DNA of 63,877 nt, counting the filler, from Octopus bimaculoides (lineage: Eukaryota), in NCBI RefSeq assembly GCF_001194135.2. It is 7 parts of 7 records of this genome, joined end to end, with 100 filler letters (N's around TTAATTAATTAA, not from the genome) between each part and the next. Parts side by side here need not be neighbours in the genome. Positions count along the whole stretch, not along the records: positions 1 to 13,198 come from NC_069000.1; positions 13,299 to 43,460 come from NC_068984.1; 5 more parts are not named here. One strand, given 5' to 3'. Numbering within the stretch: the first letter of the stretch is position 1; each line of letters begins with the position of its first letter. Positions 10,950 through 24,447 of this stretch are shown in pieces. The notes under the pieces were generated by a model. It worked only from the letters and a program-made list of their open reading frames with translations. It searched no databases and was not told the origin of the DNA. The translations under genes and the position numbers were made by a program.

Positions 10950-13198
10950 TTTAATGAGCTGCTGCAGAAACGTTTGAAGTGCCTCTTGTCGTAGGACTTC
11001 CACTGCACCTTCTTCGGCTTCTAAGTGATAGAAATTCAAAAAGAACAATTACAATTGTTATAACTAAACATGAACTGTAAATACTCACTCAGTGTTTAAA
11101 AATATTAATGCGTTGCAACGTGTCTTTGCTGTTTTCTTCACTTTATGCTTCCTTTCATCGAAGAGCATCTTTTTTTTTTTTCAGTTAAATAATATGAATG
11201 AACGTAAGTGTTATGTAAGAAATTTACTTGTTCTTTTCAAAATCAATTTGTCTGTCAAAACATGCTATTTAATACATATTACACTCCAAAGAAATATAAT
11301 CCTCATTTAACACAAGTGCTCCAACGATTCACAGTAGGCCTACTCCAACTGTACACTCTAACTCTGTCTTCCGACGAATGTGTTACTTGTACGTTGCTCT
11401 GTCGAGTGTCGTTCATACATTAAGCAGAAACAGTTCGTATGCTGTGTTTGTGTTCCAATGATGCAACAGGTAATCTTGCTGCATCAACTTTTCGGCGTGT
11501 CATTAATGCGCTTCATTTATATTGTGCAGCTCACTAGTGCACCAGTGTTTTCTAAGTTACTATTAAATTATTTAACTTCCAAAATGTCTATGTGCAAGTA
11601 TAAATTTCGTGAAGAATAGTGTATTTAAAAAATGGACATGTAGCGGTGATTCGAAACCCAACCGCAAGATACTCGGTCAGATACCACAAGTGAATCACCA
11701 TAGTTGCACACGATCAGTCTATAAACCGACCAATCAGCATGAAGCTATGGCGTGATATGGTTTTCTCGATTGTTCTAGAGGAAAACCTCTGGTCCCCTAT
11801 AGAAATTGTCTTGGTGCTTTAACTCGCCGCACTGTTGAGGGCGACTGATTGACTCGCGTCTCCACTCGTGCCATGCTGACGGCCAATGGACCTTTGTCGC
11901 CACAGATGATTTCATACATTTTTGGATCGACTGCATGTTGTCACACAGTTAGCTTTCTATAATCTCAAAGCAGTTCGGATCTTGTTCAAAACGGGGGCAC
12001 CAGTATTTTCTTAACGAAACACTTTGAAACTTGGAACACTGGTAGAATGTGTCATATAAAACATCTTTTTCTCTTAGTCTTCTTAACAAAAAAAACGTAC
12101 ATCGCAAGTTATTTTATGTTAAAGTTGTCGTATTTCTGTAATTTCAACCAATGACTGACGTCCATTCAGCCGAATAACAGTAAGTGCTGACTACGTAAAC
12201 AAACGATTCTCAAACGATTCTGGCGGTGATAAAATTATTATTTCCTTGTCAAAAAATGGCTGAAGCATATTGGCAGTAGCTAATAAACCTTTCTATTATA
12301 GGCACANNNNNNNNNNNNNNNNNNNNNNNNNNNNNNNNNNNNNNNNNNNNNNNNNNNNNNNNNNNNNNNNNNNNNNNNNNNNNNNNNNNNNNNNNNNNNN
12401 NNNNNNNNNNNNNNNNNNNNNNNNNNNNNNNNNNNNNNNNNNNNNNNNNNNNNNNNNNNNNNNNNNNNNNNNNNNNNNNNNNNNNNNNNNNNNNNNNNNN
12501 NNNNNNNNNNNNNNNNNNNNNNNNNNNNNNNNNNNNNNNNNNNNNNNNNNNNNNNNNNNNNNNNNNNNNNNNNNNNNNNNNNNNNNNNNNNNNNNNNNNN
12601 NNNNNNNNNNNNNNNNNNNNNNNNNNNNNNNNNNNNNNNNNNNNNNNNNNNNNNNNNNNNNNNNNNNNNNNNNNNNNNNNNNNNNNNNNNNNNNNNNNNN
12701 NNNNNNNNNNNNNNNNNNNNNCTATGATTTTTTAAAAATTACGATTGTCTTTATTTTTAAAAATTACGATGGTTTTAATATATGTTCATTGACTTTTCTT
12801 TTTTTTTTTTTCCTCTTTCAATTATACAAGCATACATATGCGTATACACACACATATCCATACACACATATATACATATATATATACATACATACACACA
12901 TACACACATATATATACACCCACACATACATATACATACATACACACACATATCCATCCCTACACATACACACGCATATACTTAAACACGTATATAAAAT
13001 AACAGAAGGATTGGGTTTTTCAACCCGGCAGCCTATAAGGCCCAGCAGCTTGCCTTTTATTATTTTCGATGATTAGTTTGGGTGACTTACACCCACCTTT
13101 TTCACCACTTCCTTCCATCTCTGCTCATATACTCTGGCTGACAGGGTTCTCTTTTCCAGCCCTATTTTGCTCTTCAGATGGTATTTGAAGTAATTCAG

Positions 13199-13298
13199 NN
13201 NNNNNNNNNNNNNNNNNNNNNNNNNNNNNNNNNNNNNNNNNNTTAATTAATTAANNNNNNNNNNNNNNNNNNNNNNNNNNNNNNNNNNNNNNNNNNNN
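13199..13298. other. Artificial scaffold join (44 N + TTAATTAATTAA + 44 N)
   Basis: Identical 100-bp construct at six places; the 12-mer gives stops in all six frames. Confidence 0.95.
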
Positions 13299-13652
13299 AG
13301 CATGGAAAGCGGACGTTAAACGATGATGATGATGATGATGATATACCGCCTGACTGGCCTTTGTAGGGTTTTCGAGTGAGATCGTTGCCAGTGCCCCTGG
13401 ACTGGCTCTTTGTGCGGGTGGCACATAAAAGACACCATTTCGAGCGTGGCCGTTTTCGTGCGGGTGACACGTAAAAGCACCCACTACACTCTCTGAGTGG
13501 TTGGCGTTAGGAAGGGCATCCAGCTGTAGAAACTCTGCCAAATTAGATTGGAGCCTGGTGTTGCCATCCGGTTTCACCAGTCCTCAGTCAAATCGTCCGA
13601 CCCATGCTAGCATGGAAAGCGGACGTTAAACGATGATGATGATGATGATGAT
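13299..13652 (+). repeat. Two tandem copies of the (GAT)n-tailed interspersed repeat
   Basis: ggttggcgttaggaagggcatccagctgtagaaac core; (gat)n tails at ~13321 and ~13631. Confidence 0.85.
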
Positions 13653-15074
13653 GACATATAGCAGCATGTATATATATATAAATATATGTAATAGGAATGT
13701 TATTTATACCAAATTGGTGGTAAAGATGAGACTATCATCATCGTGTTTTTTCAACAACATCAGTGAAACACAACTTCATAAGAAAAAACAACTTAACATG
13801 CTATTTACAAAAAAGGTCAGTCAAAATAATACCAGAAATAGTGTACTGATGATTTTAAGTACAAATATATCATTATTAAAACTACCTAAGCTAATAAGTA
13901 CAAATATATTATTATTATTGTTATAAGAATGTAATATTGATTCTTTCTTTACTTAGGCACCTGGTCACACTTTCAATGGGAGCAGCTAGTTTCATGTCTA
14001 TATATGATATTGAATTTCCAGAAAAACATCATTGTAAGCTGAGTAATAGTGGTGAATTTTATTGCTAGAGGTTAGTCTAAATGGGAGTTTTTCAGAGAGA
14101 AAAAGTTTAAAGTTAGTCATAATTAGAAAGAAGATGGAGGAAGTTGGGAGTGAAGTGGCACATAGTTAACATATGAATGAATTTATTGTTCATCTTTTAC
14201 ATGTTTCAGCTGTTGGACTGTGGCCATTCTGGGGCATAATATAAGTACTGGCGTTGATCTGCTGACTAAAACCATTCAATGTTTTTAGTACAATAAATTG
14301 ACCCCAGTGTTTTTATTTTATTTAAGCCTGATACTTATTTTATCAATCTCCAATGCTGAGCCTCTAAGATACAGAAATGTAAGCAAACCAACACAGATTG
14401 TCAAGCAGTGGTGGGGGACAAACACAAATACAAACATGCACACACATATACATGATCGGCTTCTTTCATTTTCCATCTGCTAAATTTACTCAATAGGGTT
14501 TGGTTGGCCTGGGGCTATAGTAGAAAACAATTGCCCAAGCTGCCCTGCAGTAGGACTGAACTCAAAACCATGTGATTGAGAAGCTAACTTCTTACCACAT
14601 AGCCAGGCCTGCACTACGAGCCATGCCTTGTGGTTCAGAAGAGATTATTAATACAAAAAGGAAGAGGATTGGTGAAGCACCATTTGCATATGATATAGAA
14701 AATCTTTGAGTAACAAAGCTGTCAACCAAAATAATAAAACTGAAGTACTTTTCATAGCTGGAAAGTTTAGCTAGAAGGTTTGAATACTTTACTGTCAAAA
14801 GATTACCTAGTACCAAAGAGAATTGTAGTGATCTTTTGTAGTGTTCAGTTCTAGCCACTACTTTCTGAGGTCACTATTTCCTTTGATCCTATTTGGGTTG
14901 ATAAAATAAAGTACCTATGGAAATATTTACTAATATTTACTAATATTATGAGAATCCGAAAACATTTTTTGGTTTGCTTGTGTTTTAAGGGCATATGAAA
15001 GTGTAGGCACCAATGGCCATTGTACATTGTATGACTGAGAGAAGTAGTGCCAAAACTCAGCAGGTATTACTAAC

Positions 15075-15415
15075 CTTGAAGGCATATGACTTAGTGGTTA
15101 GAATGTCAGGATTACAAATGTGAGGTTGTGAGTTTGATTGCCAGACCAAGCTGTGTGTTGTATTCTTGAGGAAGAAACTTTATTTCATGTTGCTCCAGTT
15201 CACTCAGCCGTAGAAATGAGTTGCAACATCACTGGTACTAAGCTGCATTGACCTTTGCTTTTCCTTTGGATAACATTGGTGGTGTGGGGAAGGGAGGCTG
15301 TTATGCATGGGCGATTACTGGTCTTCCATAAACAACCTTGTCTGGACTTGTGCCTCTGTGGGGTACTTTTTAGGTGCAATCCACGGTCATTCATGTCCAA
15401 AGGGGTCTTTACTTT
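15075..15415 (+). mobile_element. Degenerate tRNA-derived SINE (family C)
   Basis: A/B-box-like head (ttagtggttagaatg...gagtttgattgcc) and core ttgctccagttcactcagc; inverted relatives at ~20775-20950 and ~31005-31260. Confidence 0.7.
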
Positions 15416-15637
15416 ATTATTAATTTTGAAAGACACAATGATGGAACAACACCACAGAAACACTATAATTAATGGGATAACTGCTATAAACTGAGTTCTA
15501 AAACCATGCAACTATGCGGGAAACAGACAACTCTATAAGAGATGAAACATTGCAAGAGAACAAAGAGAACATCACAAGATTCAGTAAAGTTGGATGCACA
15601 GATGGGTGGAAATGCTTTATAATTAACAGCAACTCAC

Positions 15638-15807
15638 TACTTGGTAAATCTGATTGTAACCGAGCTGCCCTGGAAAATGTCTGACCAACAGAATTACTAG
15701 CCACACATGTATAGGTTCCACTATCAGATTGCTTAATGTTCTGGATCATTAGCCGTTTTAAGGTGTCACCCCAAAAGATGATGGTTGCTGATTGAGTAAG
15801 AATTTCT
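15638..15807 (-). CDS. PXDN: Peroxidasin-like protein, Ig domain C-terminal half (170-nt exon, phase 2 to 1)
   Basis: Acceptor ttttttttcttccttttctacag, donor A|GTGAGT. Encodes EILTQSATIIFWGDTLKRLMIQNIKQSDSGTYTCVASNSVGQTFSRAARLQSDLPS, with the I-set DxGxYxCxAxN motif. Confidence 0.9.
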
Positions 15808-16654
15808 CTGTAGAAAAGGAAGAAAAAAAAGAAATTAATAACAAGGAAATAGAACAGTTAATCAAGGATTTGGAATTTATTTTAAATGTTTCTTAAAATG
15901 TGCAGTTTCCAGTACATTTTTTTATAAATGTCATCACTACACTTCTATCGTAAGCTTTGAGTTACACAATATCTGCTTACAAAGCACCCAAAATAATAAC
16001 ACATGCATAAAAACTGGCTACACACACACACATACACACACACACAAACACACACACACACACACACAGAGATTTGTTGTAAAGAGAAATAAGAAATATT
16101 AAAATTAAAATGCAATTTTGACAGACAAAAATTTTGGTTCATAGTTGCAAACTCTTCTAATTAACTTAGTTTCTATAATCATGCGTTCAGTCATCCATAA
16201 TGGCTAAAATACTTTTGCAACTTTTTAGAACACCACTATAATTCTCTTATTTTCTCCTTAAGCTCTGTGAAACCTTGAAACCGGTGCTCAATTCTGTTTT
16301 TATTGTTTAAAGTAGTTGAGAGAAAAATTTCCTTCTAGATCAGCCACAAGTCTACCAGAGGTAACATCCTTTGCCTGACAGATAACTGTCAGGTAAAAGG
16401 CACCAGATCATTTGGTTTGTGGCAATGGATATTTCTCCTGATATAAGTAGCTGTTTGCTAAACAAGCAGCTAATTGCTGTGTTCTTTAGAATTGAAACAG
16501 TAACCTTTTAATAGCAGAATTAAATTTCATGACTATTTTCTATAAATGATGTTAAATATCTACCATAAACATGGTATTTTCTGCAAGTCATATTGCCTTG
16601 ATGAAATTGATGTATTTCAACAAAAAAATAGTTTCAAACAAAAAAATAGTTTCA

Positions 16655-16810
16655 ACCCCACTGCTTAACTGGTACTTATTTTATTGACCCTGAAAGGATG
16701 AGAGGTAAAGTAGACCTCAGTGGAATTTGAACTCAGAACATAAAGCTGGAAGAAATGCTGCTAGACATTTTGCTCAGTGAACCAACAATTCTGCCAGTTC
16801 GCCACCTTGG
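16655..16810 (-). mobile_element. tRNA-derived SINE (family B), CpG-decayed
   Basis: Homologous to 63358-63540 with CG to TG/CA changes. Confidence 0.8.
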
Positions 16811-17219
16811 GAAGGAAGAATTATTAAGCTGTTGAATACAATATCCATGTTGTCACTATAAATTTATAATCTAATTCTTTCAAAAATTATTGAATAATTA
16901 CAAATAATGCCAGACCAAGAAAACAAGCAACAACAACAAAAACATAGTACATAAAATTTTCAATAAAGCAAAAAAAAAAAAAAAAGTAAAGAACACTGAA
17001 TTAACAAATATCAGAGATAAGCAACAAACAGTGAACCAACATCATAGAATATGTAGACTAAAAGCTTCCTGTGTATCGTAGTATAGACTGGTGTACATAG
17101 AAAATATTTAATCTGATTTGTGCTCAAAAATAACTACTATAGGAACTCTATAATGTAATTCACTACTGACCAGAAAACCTCACACATTATTAGCATGCTT
17201 CAAAGGGAGAGAAATAAAA

Positions 17220-17916
17220 TTGAAATACAGAGACCGAATTATGAAGACCAAGGCGAAAGTTATAGCCCAGTTGATCCGTGACAAAGTAAATCTGGATGCG
17301 ATGCAGTTTAGTTTTGTCCCTGGAAGAGATACTACAGATGCAACCTTCCTAGTGAGGCAACTGCAGGAGAAACACCTAGCTAAGAATAGACCACTGTTCT
17401 TGGTTTTTGTTTAGTTGGAGTAAGTATTTGACAAGATACTACATTCAGTAATTTGGCAGGCTTTGAGGGAGCTAGGTATAGATGAAGGGCTTGTGCAGGT
17501 GGTTCAAGCTATGTACAAGGATGCAGTAAGTAAAGTGAGAGTCGGCAATGACTTCAGTGATGAATTTAGCAAGACAGTAGGAGTCCATCAAGGACCGATC
17601 CTTAGTCCTCTCCCAATAATTATAGTCCTGCAAGCCATCACTGAGGACTTTAAGAATGGCTATCCATGTGGATTCCTATATGCTGATGATCGAGCTGTCA
17701 TAGCCGATTTTATAGGGGAATTAGAAAAAAAGTCTGGCATGGAAACAAACCTGGAATTGAGGTGTCTTAAGGTAAACCTGGCAAAGACAAAGGTTTTGGC
17801 AAGTAGGAAAGAAGACAGGATCTTGGTACCTTCAAGGAAATAACTTTGCTCAGTATGTAGAGAAGGGGTAAGTATAAAATGCTGGACCTGATATAAGCTA
17901 TGGACACACAAGAGAT
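17220..17916 (+). mobile_element. RTE-clade LINE reverse transcriptase fragment
   Basis: QFSFVPGRDTTDATFLVRQLQEKHL, KVRVG...VGVHQGPILSP, FLYADD, LKVNLAKTKV, KLWTHKR; stops and frameshifts. Confidence 0.9.
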
Positions 17917-17933
17917 ATAGATGAATATTTTAC

Positions 17934-18051
17934 CCATTATGTAACCAAGAAATTTCAGGTTCAGGATCGCCAGTAGCAGCACAGGTAAACACCATTGAGG
18001 TACCTATCTCCAGCTGCATATCTTCTGGTTCCACAGTAAACACAGGTGCCC
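17934..18051 (-). CDS. PXDN: Peroxidasin-like protein, Ig domain N-terminal half (118-nt exon, phase 1 to 2)
   Basis: Acceptor tttttccatttcattctcag, donor GG|GTAAAA. Encodes [38 protein letters not shown](G). Not in the supplied ORF track; in phase with both neighbouring exons. Confidence 0.92.
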
Positions 18052-20142
18052 CTGAGAATGAAATGGAAAAAATAAAAAAATAAATAAAAGCTCATCCTTC
18101 CATTAAATTAGCTGAGAGAAATATGCAAGATAGGAATTCACAATTTAATATTTTGTTTCATCCCCACTTTGAAATTTTACATAAATGAAATAGAAACGCT
18201 TTGAAAAAAATTATAGTAAAATAAAAAAGATATTTTAAGTCAGAATTTAAAATTGAAATTTGGCTAAAACCGGAAATCCAAACATTCAATTCTAATCAAC
18301 AAATATAATTGCAGCCTTTATTATTGAACTTTTGCTTCATAGCCAAGTGGTTATGCTATCTGCTGGTGGTTGAGATGCTGCAAAACTATCTATGATCTTA
18401 ATGTATTAGAATACATAGTGATATTGTTAGTTTGTAGCAGTAACATGTTTATAATATGCTATTTTGAATGATTAATTTAGCCAGAGCTTTCTAGTTTAAT
18501 TAATAAAGCACTTACACAGCGTGCAACAATAGGTTTGTTAAACTCCATTGGGAAGATCTGTTTACCCAGTGCCAGTTCTCACTGAGTGAACAACCAGCTT
18601 AGTACAAAAGCCTGCATGCATGCACACAAGCTCTCTCTCTCACATGCACACACACACACAGACACACACACACACACACACATGCTCACATATACATATT
18701 TTAATGTTAAAGCAAATTCTATCCAACCCATGCAGACATGGAAAAACGAACACTATGATGATGATGATGATAAAAATGACTATAAATTTGTGCTAGAATC
18801 AAAGAATCACAATAAGAAACACAGGGCATGATGTAGACCCTTAGCTAATAGTAACTTTTGTGTCACAGCATGGAAGAGTAATCAAAGCAAGCTTAATAGA
18901 AGGAGACTTGTGATCGAGGCATGTCAAAATAAACTCAATTGCCCTCTGAAGGCCGGAAAGCCACACTAGAATTGTATCCAATAGAAGGTGCTGAAACAAT
19001 GGGCCTGAGATTTATGATACAAGGTAGAAAGCTTAGTTGTTATATTTGCTGGGAGTAAAATATACCTTAGAGCTGAATGCCTAAAAGAATTGGGAAAAAT
19101 TAAGCAAAAACAAAGAAAAGGAAAATAATGAAGAGCAACGAGATAAACAACAACATACTCCAGTTTCCAGAGTAACACCAACCAAAACTTGAAGTATAGC
19201 AAAGGAAATATTTTTAGGCTCAGTATGATATATAGTTGAGAAAATACCTTGTTTCCTAGTAGTAACAGTCTGCAGTACCAATCTTTCATCATATAATGAG
19301 GAAGAAATATTTACAGATGACTATATAGAAGGGGGAAAAAGTGGAAATGATCACAGGGAAAACAACAAAACAACAAGCTTGGGTGAAGTGGAACAATTTC
19401 TTCTAATTGGCAATGAAATATCTCCTCAAAAATAAAGAATAAAATGTACATGAAAACAAACAAAGGCCTACCATTCTTCAAAAGTCAAACAAACAGTTAA
19501 TAGACAAAATTAGACATCTGTGATGCCACAGAAGTTGGAATGATACAAAAAACAATTAGGTTCAGAATATAGACAGCATGCAAAAAATAGATTACTATTA
19601 AAATTAAAATTGCATTATATTGAACCTAAAAGATAAATCCTCATGATGTTGGTGTTTTCAACTCCAAATATCTCAAAAAATGCTTAATGAGGCATTCACT
19701 TGCACTCAAGCACAATTTGAAAAATGGTTAAATGAACAGGGTCCTGAAAAATCCAGAAAAATGTTCATGTCCAATTTCTTTAAATTATATTGTGTTTGAA
19801 TTATCCTGCGCTATTGTACATTTTTCAATTTATTTGCATGCAAATATGTGTGTATGAATACATATTAGTATGTGTGTGTTGTATGTGCATGTGTGTACAT
19901 ATGTGCAAATATGTTTATATATTTATGTGTGTATTTGTATGCAGATGTAAGTATATACATGTGTATGTCAGTGAAATTTTTGATAAATCCTACCATATAT
20001 TGTTTTCTGTCTTTTATCCTTTTCCTTTATAATTTGTAAACATGCTTTTTCATATTCCACATAATCCTTTCTTTCTTTGTAACCCCTAGTGTAAATTTTA
20101 TATTATTCTATAATTCTTAAATCTCTTTGGCTAACAAAGAAA

Positions 20143-20186
<44 letters not shown>

Positions 20187-21599
20187 CAATAATAAATAAT
20201 AATAATGACAGCAACTACTACTACTACTACCACTACCACTACTACTACAACATGATTGTTCAAGCAAACAGATGTCTCTGACAGAGTGCTAACAAATGAA
20301 ATATAACATGATTATTTATTGAAAAAGGATTATTTTTTGTTTCCTGTTTCTCTATCTAGAATATTGACAAAGGCCTTCATATTAATTAAGAATCCATTCC
20401 AATTCCCTGGGACAGAACAAGGTTTGTCTTGATATTGTATTATTTAGCTGTATATATTCCTGTCATATGTTATTTCCAATTATTTACTCATATTACATGA
20501 TAATCACTTCAGAAAAAGCAGGAAGAGGTACTTGCTACAGTGAAGGTGGCAGTATCTTCAAGAGTGTAAACAAACATGCTCTCCCTTTTCCAAATAATTA
20601 TCTTCAAACAGAAAAATAGATTTTAAAATAAAGAGATGCAGAACTTACAGCTACACAATGAAAAACATACAAAAAAATTAATAGTGATAAAACATTAATT
20701 TAAATTTGAAATAAAAATGACACATGTTTTGATCCATACTGATTTGAAAAGCTCAAGGAAGATGTAATGTAATGTGAAGTTACCTTCTTGGGTCATGCTG
20801 ATTCATAAGGGCCATTGCAGGATTACTAATTTTTGCCAGCTGAGTGGACTAGAGTATCAAGCTCAAGGACACATGTTGTCCAGTCCAGGAATTGGAACCA
20901 CAATCTTATGATCATGAGTCCAACATCCTAACCACAAAGCCACATGCTTCCATTCAAAGAAGATGGATTTTTACTAGAAGTGCTAACAAAAATTTGCATG
21001 CATCTAGGATAAGCAAGAACGTTTGAGAAATTGTGGTCTGTTATCCTGAAATTTGGCTACCTTTCAAAATCTTTGAACAAAAATTTTGCAATAAAGAGAC
21101 TCTTATAAGTAGAATTGGAATTGCACATATTTCAAACTCATCTTTATATAAATTAAAGTTCACATTGCACTTGTGGAAAGTCATGTAAGAAGTAGACTTT
21201 TCTCTTTTTTTCTTTTTGCTGTTTCAGTACCTTACATATATGAATATACATTGCATGCATCTGCATACTCAAGTTTGTTCTTAGCTTATAAATATCTTTT
21301 AACCCTGTTGCTTATTCAAATCAGACGTAAAGAACATTCAGTAAGACGAAAATAGTTCTTCCAACTATAGCGATATAGCCTGAAATAATTAACTACATCA
21401 ACCCCAGAGCTCAACTAGTACTTATTTTATCGACCCTGAAAGTATGAAAAGTAAAATTGACTTAGTGGAATTTGAACTCAGAACATAAAGCTGGAAGAAA
21501 GGCTGCCAAGTGCTTTGTCCAGAACAGCTTGCCACCTTTTAGTAAGTTAAAAAGTAAAAACTCAATAACACTCCATGCTATCAAATAAGACACTCGAAC

Positions 21600-22250
21600 A
21601 CCAACAATATTTTGGTTTTTACAAATATTGTGGATCAGTTCTTTCATCTGCCTAAACTCCCTGGAGATCAACTGCAGATGTGGTGTGGCTGCCAGGATTA
21701 TGTACTCCCTATTGAAGCTCCTTTGGCACCATTGCTCTATCTCCTGGAAGACAAAACTCCATATCTACAATGCATCAGCCTTCTCCATTCTCACCTCTGG
21801 ATCAAAATTGTGGCCTTCATGAAGACCCAGGCTAAGAGGATCAATGACTTTGATAACAAAGCCTTGAGAACCATTGAGAACATCAGATGGTACCATCAGG
21901 TTTCCAACCAAGAATTGCATGTATGCATGCATCAGTCCACAGCCTTCCACTTCATAGCTAGTATGGACATGTCCTTCCTCTTCTGCTAAATCATCCTACC
22001 AGGGTTTTATTCTCCTCTTACACAGTAGCTGTGGGCTGGAAAAAGCCTCATGGCAAGTCTCACACCAGATGGTTGGACATGATTGGGGAATATTTCCAGA
22101 GGCTCAGAGTCACAGTGGAGGATGCAGAGGGGCTGGCACTGGACCGGCAAGGATAGTAAGCACTGGTGAACCTGGTTGGCTCTATGGATGATGACATCTC
22201 TGGGACCACTCACCTGGGATGACCACAACCTTATCAACAAGAGTATGAAG
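21600..22250 (+). mobile_element. RTE-like LINE 3' portion, degenerate
   Basis: ISWKTKLHIYNA...ILTSGSKLW; RINDFDNKALRTIENIRWYHQVSNQEL; GKSHTRWLD...DAEGLALDR. Confidence 0.8.
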
Positions 22251-22967
22251 CAAGCAAACAAGTAAGCGAAAGGAACTCATTGATCTGAGCCACCACAAGG
22301 AAAAATTGGGGAGATATACGTGAAGTATGTCAAGAAAGACAACACCTCCTTCTCTCAGAAATTTATCTAGGATACTGTGAGTAGAAACAAACGTCCTTGT
22401 TTTTCAAACAATGGGAAAGGGTTCCATATGCCCACCAAAGAAGAGCTGGAGAGAGACTTGTCCTATGTGTGGAAGGACATGTGCTCCTTTGATGAAAGCA
22501 GAACACATGAAAGTGTGTGCCTTGTGTTTAAGATGAGGCTGAGATAAGAAAACAGACACATGCACTACATACCTGACCAGGACATAGGGAAAAAACAGAT
22601 CAGAAGGGTCATAGTTAGACAGACTTGTTTGACCTTTACAGCACAGTACAGGCAAGAAGCACACATGAAGGTGACCCATAGAAAAATTATTGAGGGAGGT
22701 TTCTATGGGTATTCAGACCCTTGAAGACTATGAGATTATTCTAGAATCATACTCTATTGAGAAAGAAGAAAGGAGGTCAATCTGGTGGTGTGGGGATGAA
22801 AGAAATTTTGGTAATAAAGCCTTGTGCCCAGAAGAAGAGGAAAAGCAAATGAAGAAAAATAGGTATTGATAGCAACAGCAGCAAACCCCTGAGGTAAAGG
22901 CCACTGCTGCTTCTGCTCTATTACTCTTTCCAGAGTACCACTGATTGCAGCTCCAAGGACCATGACA

Positions 22968-23204
22968 GGTAAGTTCTCCATCATCACTTCACTGTAGAGG
23001 AAGTTCACCATCATCAATTCACCACAGGAAAAGTTCATGGTCACCAATTCACCATTTTTTTCTCAATAAAATAGTTTTTAACTATTAATGGTGAGATACT
23101 ATGGATATATTTTCTCAGTAAACGTTTCTTGTGGTGTACTTTCCTCACGGTGAACTTTCTTCATGGTAAATTTATGTCGGTGAATTGATGACAGCAAACT
23201 TACC
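22968..23204. mobile_element. MITE-like element with GGTAAG termini and subterminal inverted motifs
   Basis: ggtaagtt...aacttacc termini; ttcacc repeats in the left half and ggtgaa in the right half; no clear TSD. Confidence 0.5.
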
Positions 23205-23894
23205 AGTAATCCCAAGAACAGCCAGAGATGAAGCAAAAAGAACTGAAATAGCCTCATCCTTAGCAACCAGCACCAAGAAGCCAAGAGAGTTTTTCTGTTT
23301 TAACACAGAACTGGCAATTCTACTCCATCAGCACAAAACTGGCAGTTCCACTCCTTCAACTTGCATCAATGAGATGGAAGGTGGAGAACAGAGGGAAATC
23401 ACAGGAGAAAGTAAAAAAAAGAAAAATTAAAGGTTTTAAATAAATAAACAGAAAAAATAAAATTTTTAAAAAGCAGTGAGGCAGACTGAAAGCATGTTGG
23501 TTGATCATAGGTAAGAGGAAGCCTGTCTGTCTGCAGTACTTAAGCTTCATAGCTATTTGGATCGGTATCAACAACCTCATGGATTTAATGAATGACCTGA
23601 AGAAGAACAAAAGGAACACTGTGCTTATCAAGAAGGAGAAGAGAGAATGCTTCACCTACAAATTAGTGTTGATGAAAATCACACTAATACTCTAGCAACA
23701 GCTAAAGTTAAGTCACTCAAAGAGGTGAAAGTCCTTGTGGCTTAGCCAAAGCCTGAATATGCTCATATAGTAAGATAGTTGAAGGTATGGAGAGCCCTGA
23801 TCATCTCTAGGTGGCATCTTCACATCCTTATGGGTAGATAATAAACTCATATTTGTTTTATATACTAAATTTTTAACCACTTTTAATATATTGG

Positions 23895-24447
23895 CTTCAA
23901 ATTTTGGCACAAAGCCAGCAATTTGAAGGAAAGGAGTAAGTCGTTTACATTGACCCCAGTGTTCAATTGGTACTTATTTTAACCCTGAAAGGATGAATGG
24001 GAAAGTCAAACCTGACGGAATGGATGAAATGCCACAAGGCATTTTGCCTGGTATGCTAACGCTTCTGCCAGCTCTCTGCCATAACCAATTTTAGTATATT
24101 TTGCTATGTTTCTTACCTCCCCACTCATTTCTGTATTGTATGCATATGTTTATCCCAATGTCTTGTAGCCCTCTTTTGTCTAGAGTACATAGTATTGTAT
24201 GTATGGGGCCAACATGACTGATAGAGAAAAGATTATAATTAAGCCAGTGAACTATCAGAATCGTCAGCATGCTGGACAGAATGCTTAGCAGCATTTCATC
24301 TGAGCTAAAATGCAGCTGAGATTGACTTTGCCTTTTATCCTTTCAGGGTCTATGAAAAAAGAGCACCAGTCAAGCACTGGAGGCCAATGTAAATGACTAG
24401 TCCCTTCTGCCAAAATTTCAGACCTTGTGCCTATAGTAGAAAGGATT
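23895..24447. repeat. Head-to-head inverted pair of family B SINEs
   Basis: Minus copy ~23895-24072 and plus copy ~24243-24447. Confidence 0.75.

Noticed and set aside
11725-11890. CCAAT-box promoter
   Set aside because: Only two short motifs, amid repeat-like sequence, with no associated exon
13243-13254. TTAATTAATTAA as a regulatory palindrome or recurring motif
   Set aside because: Always centred in 44+44 N; an assembly linker at all six sites
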